DNA from: Bifidobacteriaceae bacterium
GTDB lineage: Bacteria; Bacillota; Clostridia; Christensenellales; Borkfalkiaceae
Direction of reading: 5' to 3'
Assembly (NCBI GenBank): GCA_963610935.1
Contig: CAVDPT010000009.1
Span: 2,597 to 66,596, forward strand
Length of the DNA: 64,000 bases
This document shows positions 62,720 through 64,000 of this stretch, piece by piece. The notes beneath the pieces were generated by a model. That model was not told the origin of the DNA. It was given only the letters and a program-made list of their open reading frames with translations, and searched no databases. The first letter of the stretch is position 1, and every line of letters begins with the position of its first letter. The position numbers and the translations under genes are program-made.

Positions 62720-63652
62720 TTATTTTTTGGATTTAAGAGAGTTTAGAAGCTCGCTTAATCTATCGAGATCGTCGCGCGTGTAGTAGTCGATATATATTCT
62801 ACCCTTGTTGTCGTTGCCGATGGCGTTGACCTTCGTGCCGAAAACTCTCTGCATATCGCCGATCAAATCCTTCAGCTCGGCGGAAAGCTCCGAACGTTGT
62901 TTCCGCTTCGCCTTTTCTTCGGGCGGCAGGAAATAGTCTTTAACGAGCTTTTCGGTGTCGCGGACGGAAAGTCCGCGCTTTATAACCTCTTCCGCAAGCC
63001 GTATTTGGTCGGGCTCGGGAACGGGCAAGAGCGTCCTCGCATGTCCCGCGGAAAGCTCTCCGCTCTCCACCAGCTTCATCGTCTCGGGCATGAGGTTAAG
63101 AAGCCTTAGAGTATTCGCTATCGCGGGGCGAGACTTGCCTATACGTTCTGCAAGCTCTTCTTGCGAAAGACCGTAATCGTTCATTAGCGAACGCATCGCG
63201 TGCGCCGCCTCGATGGGGTTTAAATCCTCACGCTGTAAGTTTTCGATAAGCGAAATCTCTTTTATCTGACGTTCGCTGTATCTTTTTACGATTGCGGGGA
63301 TTTTGTCGAGATTCGCCATTTTAGAAGCGCGATACCGCCTTTCGCCCGCGATTATCATATATCCGCCGTTTTCGTCTTTATTGACTATAATCGGCTGAAT
63401 AACGCCGTGTTTCGCGATAGAATCCGCAAGTTCGCGGAGAGCTATCTGGTCGAAATTCTTACGCGGCTGATTGGGGTTGGGATGCACGGACGTAATGTCG
63501 AGCTCGGTCACGCTCTCGCCCCGTTGTTCTTTATCGGAACGACCGCTCGTCCCGTCCGACGGCTCGTCGAACAATAGGCTCTTGCCGTAATCCTCCTCCG
63601 TTTCCGAGAACAGTGCCGAAAGCCCCTTGCCTAATCCTCTGTTCGTTTTCAT
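62720..63652 (-). CDS. parB: ParB/Spo0J chromosome partitioning protein
   Basis: ParB box GERRYRAS, an HTH region, and a position downstream of parA. Confidence 0.9.
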   Translation of the reverse strand: MKTNRGLGKGLSALFSETEEDYGKSLLFDEPSDGTSGRSDKEQRGESVTELDITSVHPNPNQPRKNFDQIALRELADSIAKHGVIQPIIVNKDENGGYMIIAGERRYRASKMANLDKIPAIVKRYSERQIKEISLIENLQREDLNPIEAAHAMRSLMNDYGLSQEELAERIGKSRPAIANTLRLLNLMPETMKLVESGELSAGHARTLLPVPEPDQIRLAEEVIKRGLSVRDTEKLVKDYFLPPEEKAKRKQRSELSAELKDLIGDMQRVFGTKVNAIGNDNKGRIYIDYYTRDDLDRLSELLNSLKSKK

Positions 63653-63673
63653 AATACTCCTCCTTCCGTATCC

Positions 63674-64000
63674 TTAATTTTTCGGTTTTCCGCTTTTTGC
63701 GGGCTGTTTATCGAGAAACTCCTCGGTGAACGCGAGATAAGCCTTCGCACCCGAGCATTTGGTGTCGTGAAGCATTATCGGAACGCCGTGACTGGGCGCT
63801 TCCGCAAGACGGATGTTTCGAGGGATAGCCGTTTCGTATACGCGTTTTCCGAAAAACTTTTTTATTTCCGCCGAAATCTGACGTGAAATTATCGCGCGGT
63901 TGTCGCTCATCGTAAGCACTACGCCCTCTATTTTGAGCGACGGGTTGAGGTGTTTTACGACAAGCCTTATGGTGTTCATAAGCTGGCTTAACCCCTCCAA
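63674..64000 (-). CDS. parA: ParA/Soj ATPase, C-terminal part (5' end lies outside the window)
   Basis: C-terminal ParA pattern (...IPRNIRLAEAPSHGVPI...). The ORF is open at the window edge. Confidence 0.88.
   Translation of the reverse strand: MEGLSQLMNTIRLVVKHLNPSLKIEGVVLTMSDNRAIISRQISAEIKKFFGKRVYETAIPRNIRLAEAPSHGVPIMLHDTKCSGAKAYLAFTEEFLDKQPAKSGKPKN

Noticed and set aside
62608-64000. A parS site (TGTTNCACGTGAAACA-like) in or near parB.
   Set aside because: I could not find a convincing 16-bp match by eye anywhere in the window. A computational pattern search allowing 1-2 mismatches would be needed.
1-64000. tRNA or rRNA genes, CRISPR arrays, IS elements, integrases, prophage blocks, and stop-codon reassignment.
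   Set aside because: None of the intergenic spacers shows cloverleaf-like or rRNA-like sequence or regularly spaced repeats. No ORF resembles a transposase, integrase or reverse transcriptase. TAA, TAG and TGA all terminate well-supported genes.

Overview
This 64-kb chromosomal window comes from a Firmicutes/Clostridia-type genome. That placement rests on the sporulation genes yqfC/yqfD, the ecfA1-ecfA2-ecfT-truA-rplM-rpsI block, the era-yqzL-recO synteny, and the M-box and THF riboswitches. It is mostly conserved housekeeping: clpB (partial), rny, recA, cinA, pgsA, rimO, ftsK, ppdK, recO, era, ybeY, pgpH, mscL, uppP, mnmE, proS, tkt, mgtE, trxA, jag-yidC-yidD-rnpA-rpmH, dnaN, rsmG, rplI, mgsA, pta-ackA, yceD-rpmF, rubrerythrin and parB/parA (partial). 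Three genes missing from the >=60-aa ORF track were recovered by hand: rpmH (L34), a YqzL-like 40-aa ORF and a 48-aa cysteine-rich ORF. Two riboswitches are recognisable: an M-box before mgtE and a THF aptamer before a FolT-like ECF S component. I found no tRNA, rRNA, CRISPR array, transposase or prophage block, and no clear multi-gene system of unknown function. Five items are worth a second look. (1) A stand-alone Bro-N::class-III Fic fusion sits in an AT-rich islet and carries a perfect 27-bp palindrome inside its coding sequence. (2) A 430-bp AT-rich spacer with a one-orientation cluster of DnaA-box-like 9-mers lies upstream of dnaN, yet there is no dnaA in the window and dnaN sits directly upstream of rpmH. 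(3) An orphan consensus promoter with a hairpin-rich ~115-nt transcript converges on the Cys-rich micro-ORF. (4) The nitroreductase leader has tandem 11-mers at +1 and a terminator-like hairpin against the SD. (5) MprF-like functions are split into a separate flippase-like gene and a DUF2156::GNAT fusion. Also noted are recurrent leaderless-type promoters and a perfect 34-bp intergenic palindrome. All family assignments come from reading motifs by eye; no searches or computations were run.
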